This document shows positions 18,795-28,742 of a stretch of 37,560 nucleotides of DNA, one piece after another. This DNA comes from Candidatus Geocrenenecus huangii (lineage in GTDB: Archaea; Thermoproteota; Nitrososphaeria_A; Caldarchaeales; Wolframiiraptoraceae). The first letter of the stretch is position 1. The number at the start of each line of letters is the position of its first letter. Under the pieces are notes generated by a model that ran no database searches, had not been told where the DNA came from, and saw only the letters and a list, made by a program, of their open reading frames with translations. A program made the translations under genes and the position numbers. Location of the stretch: contig JALNLM010000005.1 in NCBI GenBank assembly GCA_023254095.1, positions 1 to 37,560 of the forward strand, written 5' to 3'.

Positions 18795-20201
18795 TTATAC
18801 TGGTACCACGCCTTCTCTCCATGTTTCCCTAATCCAGCTATATGCAAGAGTGCCTGCTTTAGGATCGGGGGTTCCTTCCCATCCTTCTGGAACGGTTATC
18901 TTGGATATGGGTATCACTATTGGTTTATCTAGAACGCTGAACCCGAATCGTGGATCATATTTGGAGATCCCTACTATCCCATCTTTATAACATTGATGTT
19001 TATTCGGTTTTTCGGCTCTTACGTGTATTGGTCCTGCAGGACCGTATATCGTCATACCTTCTAATGCCCTTATTATATCGTCTACTTCAGGGAATCTTCC
19101 AATCATCGTGTATGCTTTCTCAACTGCATTCTTATACAAGTATACTGCAACATATGCACCTTCAGACGGGCTATCTGGATATGTCCCCCATCTACGATAG
19201 TAGTTATTCACGAACGACTTGTTTATAGGATATTTATCCCATTCTGGGTATAGGAAGAAGTAGTTAGCATGTACTCCTGCGATATGTCCATCGGGGAAGT
19301 CCTTCACGGCTTCAGCAGGGCTCGCCGCATGAGCTATACATGAAACATACTTCATCTTCTCAAATAATCCATAACCAATTGCTTGTTTGTAGAAGTTTAC
19401 AACATCGGCGCCCCAAAGTGAAGAAGCCAGTATATCTGGCCTATTTGCGATGATCTCCGTTATGTATGGTGAGAAATCAGTAATTTTGAAAAGACCTGGA
19501 AAAGCTTCATAGACTACCTCTACCCTATCCTTACCCAAAACTTTCTCAAATGTTATCTGCATATGAGCATGCGCATTTCTACCATAAGCATAGTCTGGAT
19601 GGATATGTGCGATCCTTACTTTATCCTTCTCTGTTAGATTAAGAAGTTTGATGGCTCCTATTGCTGCTGCAACCCCATCTGCTGATTGAATATTTGTGAT
19701 TCTAAAGCAGAATCTTGGGTCTGGGACGACTGACTCAAACAAGAAGTCTGTGCATCCATCTACAAAGAACGTTAGAGTTTGAAGTTCTTCTGCTACCGGG
19801 CCTACTGCCGGAGTATTCGAAGATGATATTAACCCTACATAGAAATCTATCTTCTCATCTAGTACAAGAGTTCTATATTCTCTAACTGTTTCTTCAGGAG
19901 ACGTTTCTGATTTCACAACATACTCTATCTTTCTCCCCAGAATACCCCCACGTTCATTTATTTCTTCAATGGCTAGTATGGCTCCCTGCATCATCGGTTT
20001 ACCCCATAGAGCTCCCCCACCAGTAAGATATGCTTGAATACCTGCCTTAATGGGAGTTGTGGGTATCTCTTCTCTAACTGGCGGCGGTGGAGGAGCTAAA
20101 CCTCTATAAATCTCTGTTCCAGCTACTCCTGCAATACCTCCTACTACGAGCCCACTTACTAATCCTTTCAGAAAATCTCTTCTTCCAGTTTTTTTACTCA
20201 T
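18795..20201 (-). CDS. LIV/amide-family ABC substrate-binding protein with a Tat signal
   Basis: GRRDFLKG Tat motif followed by a hydrophobic helix and Pro-rich linker; EEINERGGILGRKIE; PDYAYG. Confidence 0.9.
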   Translation of the reverse strand: MSKKTGRRDFLKGLVSGLVVGGIAGVAGTEIYRGLAPPPPPVREEIPTTPIKAGIQAYLTGGGALWGKPMMQGAILAIEEINERGGILGRKIEYVVKSETSPEETVREYRTLVLDEKIDFYVGLISSSNTPAVGPVAEELQTLTFFVDGCTDFLFESVVPDPRFCFRITNIQSADGVAAAIGAIKLLNLTEKDKVRIAHIHPDYAYGRNAHAHMQITFEKVLGKDRVEVVYEAFPGLFKITDFSPYITEIIANRPDILASSLWGADVVNFYKQAIGYGLFEKMKYVSCIAHAASPAEAVKDFPDGHIAGVHANYFFLYPEWDKYPINKSFVNNYYRRWGTYPDSPSEGAYVAVYLYKNAVEKAYTMIGRFPEVDDIIRALEGMTIYGPAGPIHVRAEKPNKHQCYKDGIVGISKYDPRFGFSVLDKPIVIPISKITVPEGWEGTPDPKAGTLAYSWIRETWREGVVPV

Positions 20202-20662
20202 AAGTATCTAATAATGAGAAAACTATATAAAAATTTAACTGTAAAAGTTATAAGCTAGTCTGACGTTATTTAAGCCTTAAAATGATTACTTTATTAAGAG
20301 TAAAAGTAGAAAAGTATTGACTTTCAAAAAGTGGGAAACGTTTTGAATGCTATATTGTGTTCTTATCTAAATTTACATTTACTGTAAAGTTCTACGATTG
20401 CAAGAAGACTTCTTCCAATTATTTACAAAGTTTACATAGTATAGTAATGATGGGAAGCTATTAACTAATTTAAGTTCGGCGCTTCAAATCCAATCTACCT
20501 GTACTAGCTTTTTTAAGAAAATATAGGTTTCACAAGTTCGCATATCACACTAAACTCATAAATCTAATGCTCAGAATTTTAGATATCAAAGCTCTGATAT
20601 TGTCCGGAAGAATCTTAAGCAAAACAGAAGCTTTATAATATTCTTTTCTTCTTATTGTATTT

Positions 20663-21937
20663 ATGATGAAGGAATCCGGAGTATCTACCACTTTTAAGAT
20701 AATCGTCTTTACCATCGTAGGTTTATTGTTAGGGGCTGCAATAGGTTTCGGACTTTCCTACTATCTCGGTATCTCAGCTATTACACCTGCAGAAGGTAAG
20801 AAAGAATACACTATTGGAATGATTGCAGACCTTACAGGTGAGGGAGCTGATTATGGTATCGAAGTTAGAGATGCAGGTTTTCTAACGATAGACGAAATAA
20901 ATAGCTTCCTGAAAGAAGTTAATGTTCCAGTAAGTTTTAAACTTGAAATTGAAGATTCTAAGACAACTGTTGAGGGAGCTGTTGCCGCAGCACAATCACT
21001 AGGGGGAAAAGGCATAAAGATAATAGTTGGACATCTATGGAGTGGACAAGCAAATGGTATCAAAAGCTATATAGATAGTCACAAGATCTTTACTGTAAGT
21101 GTCTCTTCAACGTCTCCTCTTCTCTCGATTCCGAATGATTATCTATTTAGGATGCAGGCTCCAGACAGCATTCAAGGTAGAGTAATTGCGCATTTGATAT
21201 GGCGTTCAGGGTACAATAAAGTAGCTGCAATCTACAGAAATGACCCATATGGTTCAGGCGTCTTCAAATATTTTGAAGAAGAGTTCAAAAAATTAGGAGG
21301 CACGATTAAATCATTAGCTTACACTCCAGATCTCCCAGATTACTCTAGTGAAGTCTTACAATTGAGCGGAATGGTTAAAGAACTAGGCGAAGATAAGACA
21401 GCTGTACTTATAATTGCTTTCAATTATGAAGCAATAAAGATGTTTGATAAAGCAAGAGTAGACCCCTCTCTCTCTAATGTGCAATGGTTTTCAAGTGAAT
21501 CCTTGAAGGGCCCCGGTCTACTCCCACCAGCTGGACCAACTGAGATCGCTGATTTCCTTGTTAAAGTGAAGCTGACGGGAGCTTATCCTGCATCATTGAC
21601 CGAGAATGAGCTTATGAAGAAGTTTACACAGAAGTTCAAAGAGAGATATGGTAGGGAGCCGAAAGCTTACGGAGCCTATACATATGATGCTTTATGGTTA
21701 GTTGCAATTTCTATCCTAAGTACAGGAAGCGCTGATGCGGATGTTCTAACAAAATTCTTTGTGAACTTAGCAAGTAAGTATACTGGTGCGACCGGTTTAA
21801 CAACTCTTGATCTAAACGGTGACCGAGCACTCCAAGATTATCAGATATGGCAGGTGGAGAAGATGAATGGATACTATGACTTCCAAGTTATTGGCGGATG
21901 GAGCGGAGCTACAAACGAACTTATGATCTCCAGCTAG
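20663..21937 (+). CDS. LIV-family ABC substrate-binding protein, N-terminally anchored
   Basis: N-terminal TM helix; motifs IG..ADLTG, EDSKT, STSPLLS, YLFR..PD..QG and YTYDALWL. Confidence 0.9.
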   Translation: MMKESGVSTTFKIIVFTIVGLLLGAAIGFGLSYYLGISAITPAEGKKEYTIGMIADLTGEGADYGIEVRDAGFLTIDEINSFLKEVNVPVSFKLEIEDSKTTVEGAVAAAQSLGGKGIKIIVGHLWSGQANGIKSYIDSHKIFTVSVSSTSPLLSIPNDYLFRMQAPDSIQGRVIAHLIWRSGYNKVAAIYRNDPYGSGVFKYFEEEFKKLGGTIKSLAYTPDLPDYSSEVLQLSGMVKELGEDKTAVLIIAFNYEAIKMFDKARVDPSLSNVQWFSSESLKGPGLLPPAGPTEIADFLVKVKLTGAYPASLTENELMKKFTQKFKERYGREPKAYGAYTYDALWLVAISILSTGSADADVLTKFFVNLASKYTGATGLTTLDLNGDRALQDYQIWQVEKMNGYYDFQVIGGWSGATNELMISS

Positions 21938-22019
21938 CGTATACTTTTTACTTCAAAATCTTTATTTTTTATTTGTTTTTATTCATGTAGGGCTTATTAG
22001 GAAAAAAGGTGAGTAGTAG

Positions 22020-22952
22020 TTGGAGTTCCTTCAAGCAGTTATCTCAAGTATAGTTACAGGAAGTCTATACGCACTAATGGCATATGGACTTACTATTACA
22101 CTCGGCTCGATCAGAATATATAATTGGGCTTATGCTGAATATGTAACCATATCAGCATACGTAACCGCCGTGCTCTCCTCTAGGTACTTCATTAATGTTT
22201 TGTTATGTTTTCCGATATCACTGGCTTCAGCCATACTCGTATCTATCTTAGTTGATGAACTAGTTTACAAACCGTTAACTAAAAGGGGTGCAACAATAAT
22301 TCAGCTTATGCTTGCAGGTATAGCAGCCGGTCTCCTGGTTAGATACATTGTTTACATATTCGCCTCAATAAATAATGTAGTCATAATTAAGGCAGCCTAT
22401 GCTTCAAGAACTATACTCGTCTACGATACATTGGTGATAACTGACTTAGATGTTGTCGCTATACTTGTAACCTTGTTGATGATGGTGACATTCCACTTCA
22501 TACTACTGAAAACACTGTTAGGGAAGCAGATCAGAGCTATGTGGGATAACTTTGAGTTAGCACGATTAAGTGGTGTAAAGGTATATATGGTGAGAAGATT
22601 TGTATGCGTCTTAGTAGGTATCCCTGCGGGAATTATAGGCTCGCTCTGGTCAATCTACTCAACAGTGACACCAACTACCGGATGGGGGCTTCTCCTTCCT
22701 GCTTTTGCAGCAGTTATCGTCGGAGGTCTAGTTAGCATACCTGGAGCGATAGTTGGAGGATATTTGCTTGGAATCGGAGAAAATCTTCTTATGCTCATCG
22801 CTTATCGAGTATTCAATATATCTCTAGCCTATAAACCACTGATAATGCTTCTAATAATGTTGATAGCATTATTTATAAGAGCTGAAGTAATACCCTTTAA
22901 ACCTATCGCAGTGAATATTTATAGGTTTATTTTTAAGAGAGGTGAGGCGTAA
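22020..22952 (+). CDS. livH: LIV-type ABC transporter permease (LivH-like)
   Basis: Motifs GSLYALMAYGLT, KT.LG..IRA..DN.ELA.LSG and AFAAVIVGG. GGTGA RBS before the TTG start. Confidence 0.88.
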   Translation: MEFLQAVISSIVTGSLYALMAYGLTITLGSIRIYNWAYAEYVTISAYVTAVLSSRYFINVLLCFPISLASAILVSILVDELVYKPLTKRGATIIQLMLAGIAAGLLVRYIVYIFASINNVVIIKAAYASRTILVYDTLVITDLDVVAILVTLLMMVTFHFILLKTLLGKQIRAMWDNFELARLSGVKVYMVRRFVCVLVGIPAGIIGSLWSIYSTVTPTTGWGLLLPAFAAVIVGGLVSIPGAIVGGYLLGIGENLLMLIAYRVFNISLAYKPLIMLLIMLIALFIRAEVIPFKPIAVNIYRFIFKRGEA

Positions 22953-24016
22953 TGTTCTCTGAACTAGCAACCCTTTTATCTACCACTTTAACCTTCTTCA
23001 GCATATATGTGATGTTATCTTTAAGTCTGAATCTGGAATATGGATTCACAGGCATCCCAAACTTTGGTAAGGTATTCTTTTTCTCCTTAGGTGCATATGT
23101 CGCTGGGACGTTTGTGCCTAGAATAATGCATATCCTATTCCGGATCGATGAGCCCTTATGCTCAGCTGTTGCATCAACACAGAGAATACTCGTAGGTCTT
23201 CAAGAACCAATAACTCTAATGATAATCTTTATCGCGTCTCTAATATTTTCAGGGATTGTTGGAGCAATTATCGGCTATATGCTCTCATATCCATCTCTTA
23301 AACTTAGAGGTGACTATCTAGCAATAAGTTTGTTAATAGTTGCTGAGCTTAGCAGAGTCTTTGTTAGAACTGAGCCTAACATCGTATGTGGTACTGATGG
23401 GATAGGAGGGATCCCGAACCCCTTTATCTCCGTTGGAGATACATTGATAAAAGAGGTACTGTACTCAATATTATCTGGAGTAATCGCATACCTATCTTAC
23501 TTCTTCATCCAGAGAATTGTGAATTCACCTTATGGGAGAGTTATAAAATCTATTAGAGATGATGAGTTAGCCTCACAGCTTCTAGGAAAAGATGTAAAAA
23601 GATTTAAGGCCGAAGTCTTAATGTTTGCTTCATCCATCTCAGCAGTAGCAGGATGTTTATATGCTTTCTTCATAGGATTTGTTTATCCAGATGATTTTAT
23701 CATAGTGTGGACTATGTATTCGTGGTTGATGCTTTTACTAGGAGGTTTAGCGAACAATAAAGGTGTTGTTGTAGGAGCTCTTGTAATGGTCATAATAGAT
23801 AGAGGGTTGAGACGTATACCAAGCTATTGGCTGTCTCTACCCTTTGATGTTAGCTATCTCAGAGGGACGATCTTTATGATTTTATTACTATTGATTATAA
23901 TGTATAAGCCGAGGGGTATCTTCCCCGAGAAACCATTAGATACGCCTGCTAGACAGGTCTTTGAAGCACACATCAAGAAGGTGGTTAACCTTAAAAAGGA
24001 GTCACCTCATCAGTGA
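22952..24016 (+). CDS. livM: LIV-type ABC transporter permease (LivM-like)
   Basis: Motifs LNLEYGFTGIPNFG, LRGDYLAI, SPYGRVIKSIRDDE and PRGIFPE. Confidence 0.9.
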   Translation: MFSELATLLSTTLTFFSIYVMLSLSLNLEYGFTGIPNFGKVFFFSLGAYVAGTFVPRIMHILFRIDEPLCSAVASTQRILVGLQEPITLMIIFIASLIFSGIVGAIIGYMLSYPSLKLRGDYLAISLLIVAELSRVFVRTEPNIVCGTDGIGGIPNPFISVGDTLIKEVLYSILSGVIAYLSYFFIQRIVNSPYGRVIKSIRDDELASQLLGKDVKRFKAEVLMFASSISAVAGCLYAFFIGFVYPDDFIIVWTMYSWLMLLLGGLANNKGVVVGALVMVIIDRGLRRIPSYWLSLPFDVSYLRGTIFMILLLLIIMYKPRGIFPEKPLDTPARQVFEAHIKKVVNLKKESPHQ

Positions 24017-24022
24017 TTTGGA

Positions 24023-24769
24023 ATGACTAAAGACCATATTCTTCGTGTCTCAAATCTATATGCAGGTTACGGAAAAAACGTAATACTACATGACGTATCC
24101 GTCCTATTATCAAGAGACACTCTTACATTAATTGTGGGGCCAAACGGAAGTGGAAAAAGTACTCTTGCAAAAGCGATCTTCAATTTAGCATCTGTTTTCT
24201 CTGGAGAGATCATCTTTAAGGATATTGATGTGACAAAGATGATGGCTGAGGAAAAGACTATGTTAGGCATGCAGATGATCCCCCAGACCTCAAATGTATT
24301 CGAGAATCTTACTGTAAGAGAAAACTTAGAGATATCCTTCTTTAATACTAAGAAAGCTTACAAAAATAAGAAAACTTTTAGGGATATGTTAGAATACGTT
24401 CTTCAAATATTTCCAAATTTGAAAAATAGAGAGTATGAAAAGGTAAAACTATTAAGCGGAGGAGAAAGACAAATGGTGGCATTGGCTAGAGCTCTTATAA
24501 CAGAGCCTGAATTGATAATTTTCGATGAGCCTACTGCGATGCTCTCTCCAGCTTTATCCAACTTCATACTAAACAAGATTAGAGAAATAAATCAATCAGG
24601 TGTTGCGGTTATGCTTATCGAGCAAAATGTTAAAGCTGCAATAAATATTGCAGATTATTTGTACGTGCTTCTGTCTGGAAGAAAAGTCTTAGAGGGGCCA
24701 TCAGACAAATTTACTAAAGACTTCAAATTATTGGAGGATGCATTTTTTGGAAGAGTGAGAGAAGCTTAA
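24023..24769 (+). CDS. livF: LIV-type ABC transporter ATP-binding protein (LivF-like)
   Basis: Motifs AGYG, GPNGSGKST, LSGGERQM, DEPTAMLSP and IEQN. Confidence 0.9.
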   Translation: MTKDHILRVSNLYAGYGKNVILHDVSVLLSRDTLTLIVGPNGSGKSTLAKAIFNLASVFSGEIIFKDIDVTKMMAEEKTMLGMQMIPQTSNVFENLTVRENLEISFFNTKKAYKNKKTFRDMLEYVLQIFPNLKNREYEKVKLLSGGERQMVALARALITEPELIIFDEPTAMLSPALSNFILNKIREINQSGVAVMLIEQNVKAAINIADYLYVLLSGRKVLEGPSDKFTKDFKLLEDAFFGRVREA

Positions 24770-24773
24770 TATA

Positions 24774-25544
24774 GTGATGGAAATGCCTGAAACTATATTA
24801 TCTCTTCAGGAAGTAACAAAAAGTTTCGGCGGTTTGAAAGCTGTTAAAAACGTTTCATTAAGAATATCTCAAGGATCTATAATCGGCCTAATCGGACCAA
24901 ACGGTTCCGGGAAAACCACTCTCTTCAATCTTATAAGTGGAGTACTGCATCCTGATAGTGGACAGATATTCTTTAGAGGCTTAAGAATAGATAGGATGTC
25001 TCCTCATGAGCGTTTTAAGTTAGGGATGTGTTACGCTTTCCAGATACCTAGAATATTTAAAGGAATGACTGTACTAGAAAATACGATGCTATCACTTAAA
25101 GAACAGCTTGGAGAAAAAATCCTTACGGCACCTTTCAGAAGAAGATGGTTCATCCAAGAAATAAGAAATGCTCAGCAGATATTGCCTCTACTAGAAGATG
25201 TTCAGCTGGTAAATTCCTACGACAAGTTCTCATCGGATCTTTCAGGTGGTCAAATGAAGTTATTACAGTTAGCTAGAACTATTGCAAGCGACGCGAAGCT
25301 ATTTTTACTGGATGAGCCTGGAGCAGGATTAGCACCCTCTCTAGCCAAAGAATTGTTTAAGAATATTTTAAAGCTGAGAAATGAGAAGGGGTTGACTTTC
25401 TTTATTATAGAGCATAGATTGGATTTGCTCTTTGATATAGTGGATAAGGTGTACGTCATGAACAGGGGTGAAATCATAGCTGAAGGAAAACCTGAAGAGA
25501 TAATAGAGGATCCCAAAGTTAAGGAGGCGTATCTCGGAGGTTAA
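24774..25544 (+). CDS. livG: LIV-type ABC transporter ATP-binding protein (LivG-like)
   Basis: Motifs KSFGGLKAV, GPNGSGKTT, LSGGQ, LDEP.AG, IEH and terminal EAYLG. Confidence 0.9.
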   Translation: MMEMPETILSLQEVTKSFGGLKAVKNVSLRISQGSIIGLIGPNGSGKTTLFNLISGVLHPDSGQIFFRGLRIDRMSPHERFKLGMCYAFQIPRIFKGMTVLENTMLSLKEQLGEKILTAPFRRRWFIQEIRNAQQILPLLEDVQLVNSYDKFSSDLSGGQMKLLQLARTIASDAKLFLLDEPGAGLAPSLAKELFKNILKLRNEKGLTFFIIEHRLDLLFDIVDKVYVMNRGEIIAEGKPEEIIEDPKVKEAYLGG

Positions 25545-26900
25545 AATTCTTCATAGAGTAGCAGATCATTAAGTTCATCACTTCTCCTTATAATCTTGAT
25601 ATCACCGCTTCTTAATATCATGATATAGGGTGGTTTCAGCATACCATTAAAATTCATCAATACTTCAGGACCGTAAGCTCCCACATGGAGAAAAGCCAGT
25701 ATGTCTCCAACCGAAGTTTTTTCAGGTAGACATCTATATCTTGGTAGTTTCTCTCTATTGTATTCTTCTCCTTCAACATCATGATAAACATCTTCAGCAT
25801 CACACAATGGCCCACCTATCCTGAATCTAACATTATGTTTCTCACTTATTCTGCTAGCATTGACTATAGGATAGTACCATCTTAAAATCCTAGCACTTGG
25901 CAATACATTGAAGCCAGCATCTATGATAAGCCATCTCTCCCCTGACGATCTCTCTTTAAAATTAACAATTCTCGTTAGAAGTACGCATGCATCTGCAACT
26001 AAACTTCTACCTGGCTCAATGTATAGCTTCACATCATACTTTAGATTTCTTAGATTATCCGATATAGTTTTAGCTATTTCACATACGTCAAAGTTTGTTC
26101 TGTAATATGTTGGTAGTTCCCTATCTTCTTCTATAAGTGTCCTAGTATAATCTACAGGTATGCCTCCACCGAGGTTAATGTGCTCTAACTTTAAACCTAT
26201 ACTATCGTATAATTGGTTAACAATTCTTACAATTGTTTTTGAGGCGTTTTCCCATGAAGTGAGATCCGAAACTTGCGAGCCGATGTGAGCATGTATACCT
26301 TTCACATCTATATTTTTGAGCTCTAATGCACGACGATATGCTTTAAGAAGTTCTCCTATCTCAAAACCAAACTTAGATCTAGATATTCCTGTCTGCAAGG
26401 TAGGTACCGTAACTTCTGGCACTACTCGTAACGATATACTTGCCCTCAAACCTAGTTCGCCAGCAATATTGTTGAGAAGCTCCAATTCGTAGAATGAATC
26501 TACGTTTATGCAATTTATCTCGTTCTTAACTGCATAATGGAGATCCCGTATCCTCTTACCTGGGCTATTGTAAACTATGTCTTCGGGTTTAAAGCCGGAC
26601 TTAATAGCTTTATACAATTCCCCCATGGAAGATACTTCACATTTCAAACCCTCACTTTTAAAAATCTTTAAGATGGATAAGATAGAGTTAGCTTTCAAGG
26701 CATAGTGAACGTATGTTTCCTCGTATTCTCTTCTAAAGGATTCTTGAATAAACCTCGCATTCTCTCTTAGCTTAGATTCAGAGAATACAAAAACAGGAGT
26801 TCCATATTTTTCAGCTAAGCTTAATACATCAACATCATCAAATAATAACTGATTTCCCTTAATCTTTAGATGATCTGTAAGAGAAGCGTGTATAAGTCAT
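25541..26900 (-). CDS. Fold-type III PLP decarboxylase (Orn/Lys/DAP family), DokD-like rather than canonical LysA; start codon anomalous
   Basis: Motifs YGTPVFVFSE, HYALKAN (PLP lysine), SKFG, HAHIGSQ, NLGGG, EPGR, GPLCD and GAY. The frame is open for 66 codons upstream of the ORF-track start (to 26896) with no ATG/GTG/TTG. The ATG at 26900 is one base out of frame. Confidence 0.82.
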
Positions 26901-26905
26901 CCCCC

Positions 26906-28687
26906 CTAAAGATTGTTTAAGAAATTTCTGCATAGAGAAATCGCGTCAAGTAATGAATCATGCAGAATATTGTATTGTCTAATAAGCTCGATCTTTAATG
27001 CATGGTTTTCCCATTCTTCTTTATGTATTTTTACCATTTTATCAAGCACCTTGTAGATGCGTGGTAATGGTTTCGATAGATACCAGCATCCGTAAACGTC
27101 ATGAGAGTATTTATCCACCGTAGTCCTGAAAGCTGGATTTAGAATTCTAGATAGCTTAAACAATAGCTGGTTAACCGATCTGATGAAGGGAAGATCATGT
27201 GGATCGTACTGATCTCCATATTCTTTGGAGAGTTTGTTTATTTCTATTAACTTTTTCTCTAATTCATCGATTTCTTCTTCGAGCTTACAAATATGTGAGG
27301 TAAACAAATGTTCGGAAAAAACTTTTTTTATTTCAACAATATCCTTCTTTACTACTTCGGTAAATTTCGTGAAATCAAATGGTAGCATTGGCATGCATGC
27401 AAGTCTTAAGACATATTCCATATACAACCTTGCATGTATTTCTAAGAGCTCTTTGTCTATTTTATCTATTGTATCTTCCTCACTATGGTACCACAATCCA
27501 AAGATAGCTCCTCCCAACTTATCTAGCTCATCTTCCCTATAGGTTGCGAAGGTAAATATGTAAGGTATGCCTATGCCTAGGAATGAATTATCACCAAATT
27601 TTAATGGAACCCTTTTTTCAGATGGCCCCCCAATCACATCTTTCTCGACTTCTTCTAAGAACTTCCAAGTCTCTGGAGATGAATATGACACGAATCTACT
27701 GGCCCCGGCTAAACCGCACCCATCAATATTTACATAGGATACACCTCCACTATTAAGATCGCTCCAATAGTAATCTACGAAGTAAGCTGAGCCAGCCGCC
27801 TCACCTATTTCATGCCCATCCCAGAATCCAAACAAGAGGCTTCGTAATAGCTTATCCTTATTTTCGGAAAACACTCTAGCCATTTCTAACATGATCGCAT
27901 TGCCGGCTGAGTTATCTGTAGCGGTCCTTCCCCAAGCTTCTAAATGTCCGCCTACGATGATAAACTCTTTCTTAAACTCGCTGTTGGATGAGTTTATCCT
28001 ACACATCGGCTGATTCGAGTAGATCCATTCATTCCTAACTTTGACTTTTATCCTACCTTTAACCTTTCTACTTTTTGATAATAGTGTCTTAATGTATTCT
28101 CCGTCAAACCTCGAGATATTTATGGAAACTATTTTCGGAATTCTCTCTATGTCTTCTCTTGTCGGAACCCCCCATACACCTTTTATCGCACCCTTACCTA
28201 CGATCCTGTTTTCCCTATGACCCCAATTCATTACTATTAACGCGTTAGCTTTATTCACGCTTGCAATCTTAGCTTTCTCCGTTCTTGGCGGAGAGTATGA
28301 TAGCTCAACAAGGACGAATTTATCCTTACAGTCTTTTCCACGATATGCTTCTTCACTCCCTCCACCCAGGTAAACTATTTCGCCAATTATCCCTTCATCG
28401 GATGTGTTTTCACTAAATAAGTTAGGGAAGCAATCAATTGGTTTAACCTCCGGCTCTATAAGCTCGAAATAAGATTCTATTGGGAAGCTTGTTAAGAAGG
28501 GGAATCTTTCAATCCATACCTCTGATCCATTAATCTTTTCCAAGTAATCTATGATGTATCTTGAGGCTTTCCCGATATTCTCAGTACCTGCAATCCTATC
28601 AGGAAAAGTACAAAGTATTTCTATATGTTTCCACACATTCCCTATATCTACATGGAGCCTATCTCTAAGCATTTTTACTCTGACCAT
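26906..28687 (-). CDS. M28-family metallopeptidase/amidase with PA domain
   Basis: PA domain (GEIVYLGGG...KDKFVLV); Zn-site motifs GGHLEAW, ATDNSAG, WDGHE, NIDG and YHSEEDT. Confidence 0.88.
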   Translation of the reverse strand: MVRVKMLRDRLHVDIGNVWKHIEILCTFPDRIAGTENIGKASRYIIDYLEKINGSEVWIERFPFLTSFPIESYFELIEPEVKPIDCFPNLFSENTSDEGIIGEIVYLGGGSEEAYRGKDCKDKFVLVELSYSPPRTEKAKIASVNKANALIVMNWGHRENRIVGKGAIKGVWGVPTREDIERIPKIVSINISRFDGEYIKTLLSKSRKVKGRIKVKVRNEWIYSNQPMCRINSSNSEFKKEFIIVGGHLEAWGRTATDNSAGNAIMLEMARVFSENKDKLLRSLLFGFWDGHEIGEAAGSAYFVDYYWSDLNSGGVSYVNIDGCGLAGASRFVSYSSPETWKFLEEVEKDVIGGPSEKRVPLKFGDNSFLGIGIPYIFTFATYREDELDKLGGAIFGLWYHSEEDTIDKIDKELLEIHARLYMEYVLRLACMPMLPFDFTKFTEVVKKDIVEIKKVFSEHLFTSHICKLEEEIDELEKKLIEINKLSKEYGDQYDPHDLPFIRSVNQLLFKLSRILNPAFRTTVDKYSHDVYGCWYLSKPLPRIYKVLDKMVKIHKEEWENHALKIELIRQYNILHDSLLDAISLCRNFLNNL

Positions 28688-28742
28688 TATCCTAGAATAT
28701 TTGATGTTTATAAACTTAGTTTTTTGAATGAGAGAAGTGACC

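Noticed and set aside
25541-25544. Convergent genes sharing overlapping stop codons (TTAA)
   Set aside because: This is common in compact archaeal genomes and has no special meaning evident here.
25541-26900. Assigning gene symbol lysA
   Set aside because: It lacks the DAP-recognition motifs, and no lysine biosynthesis genes are nearby.
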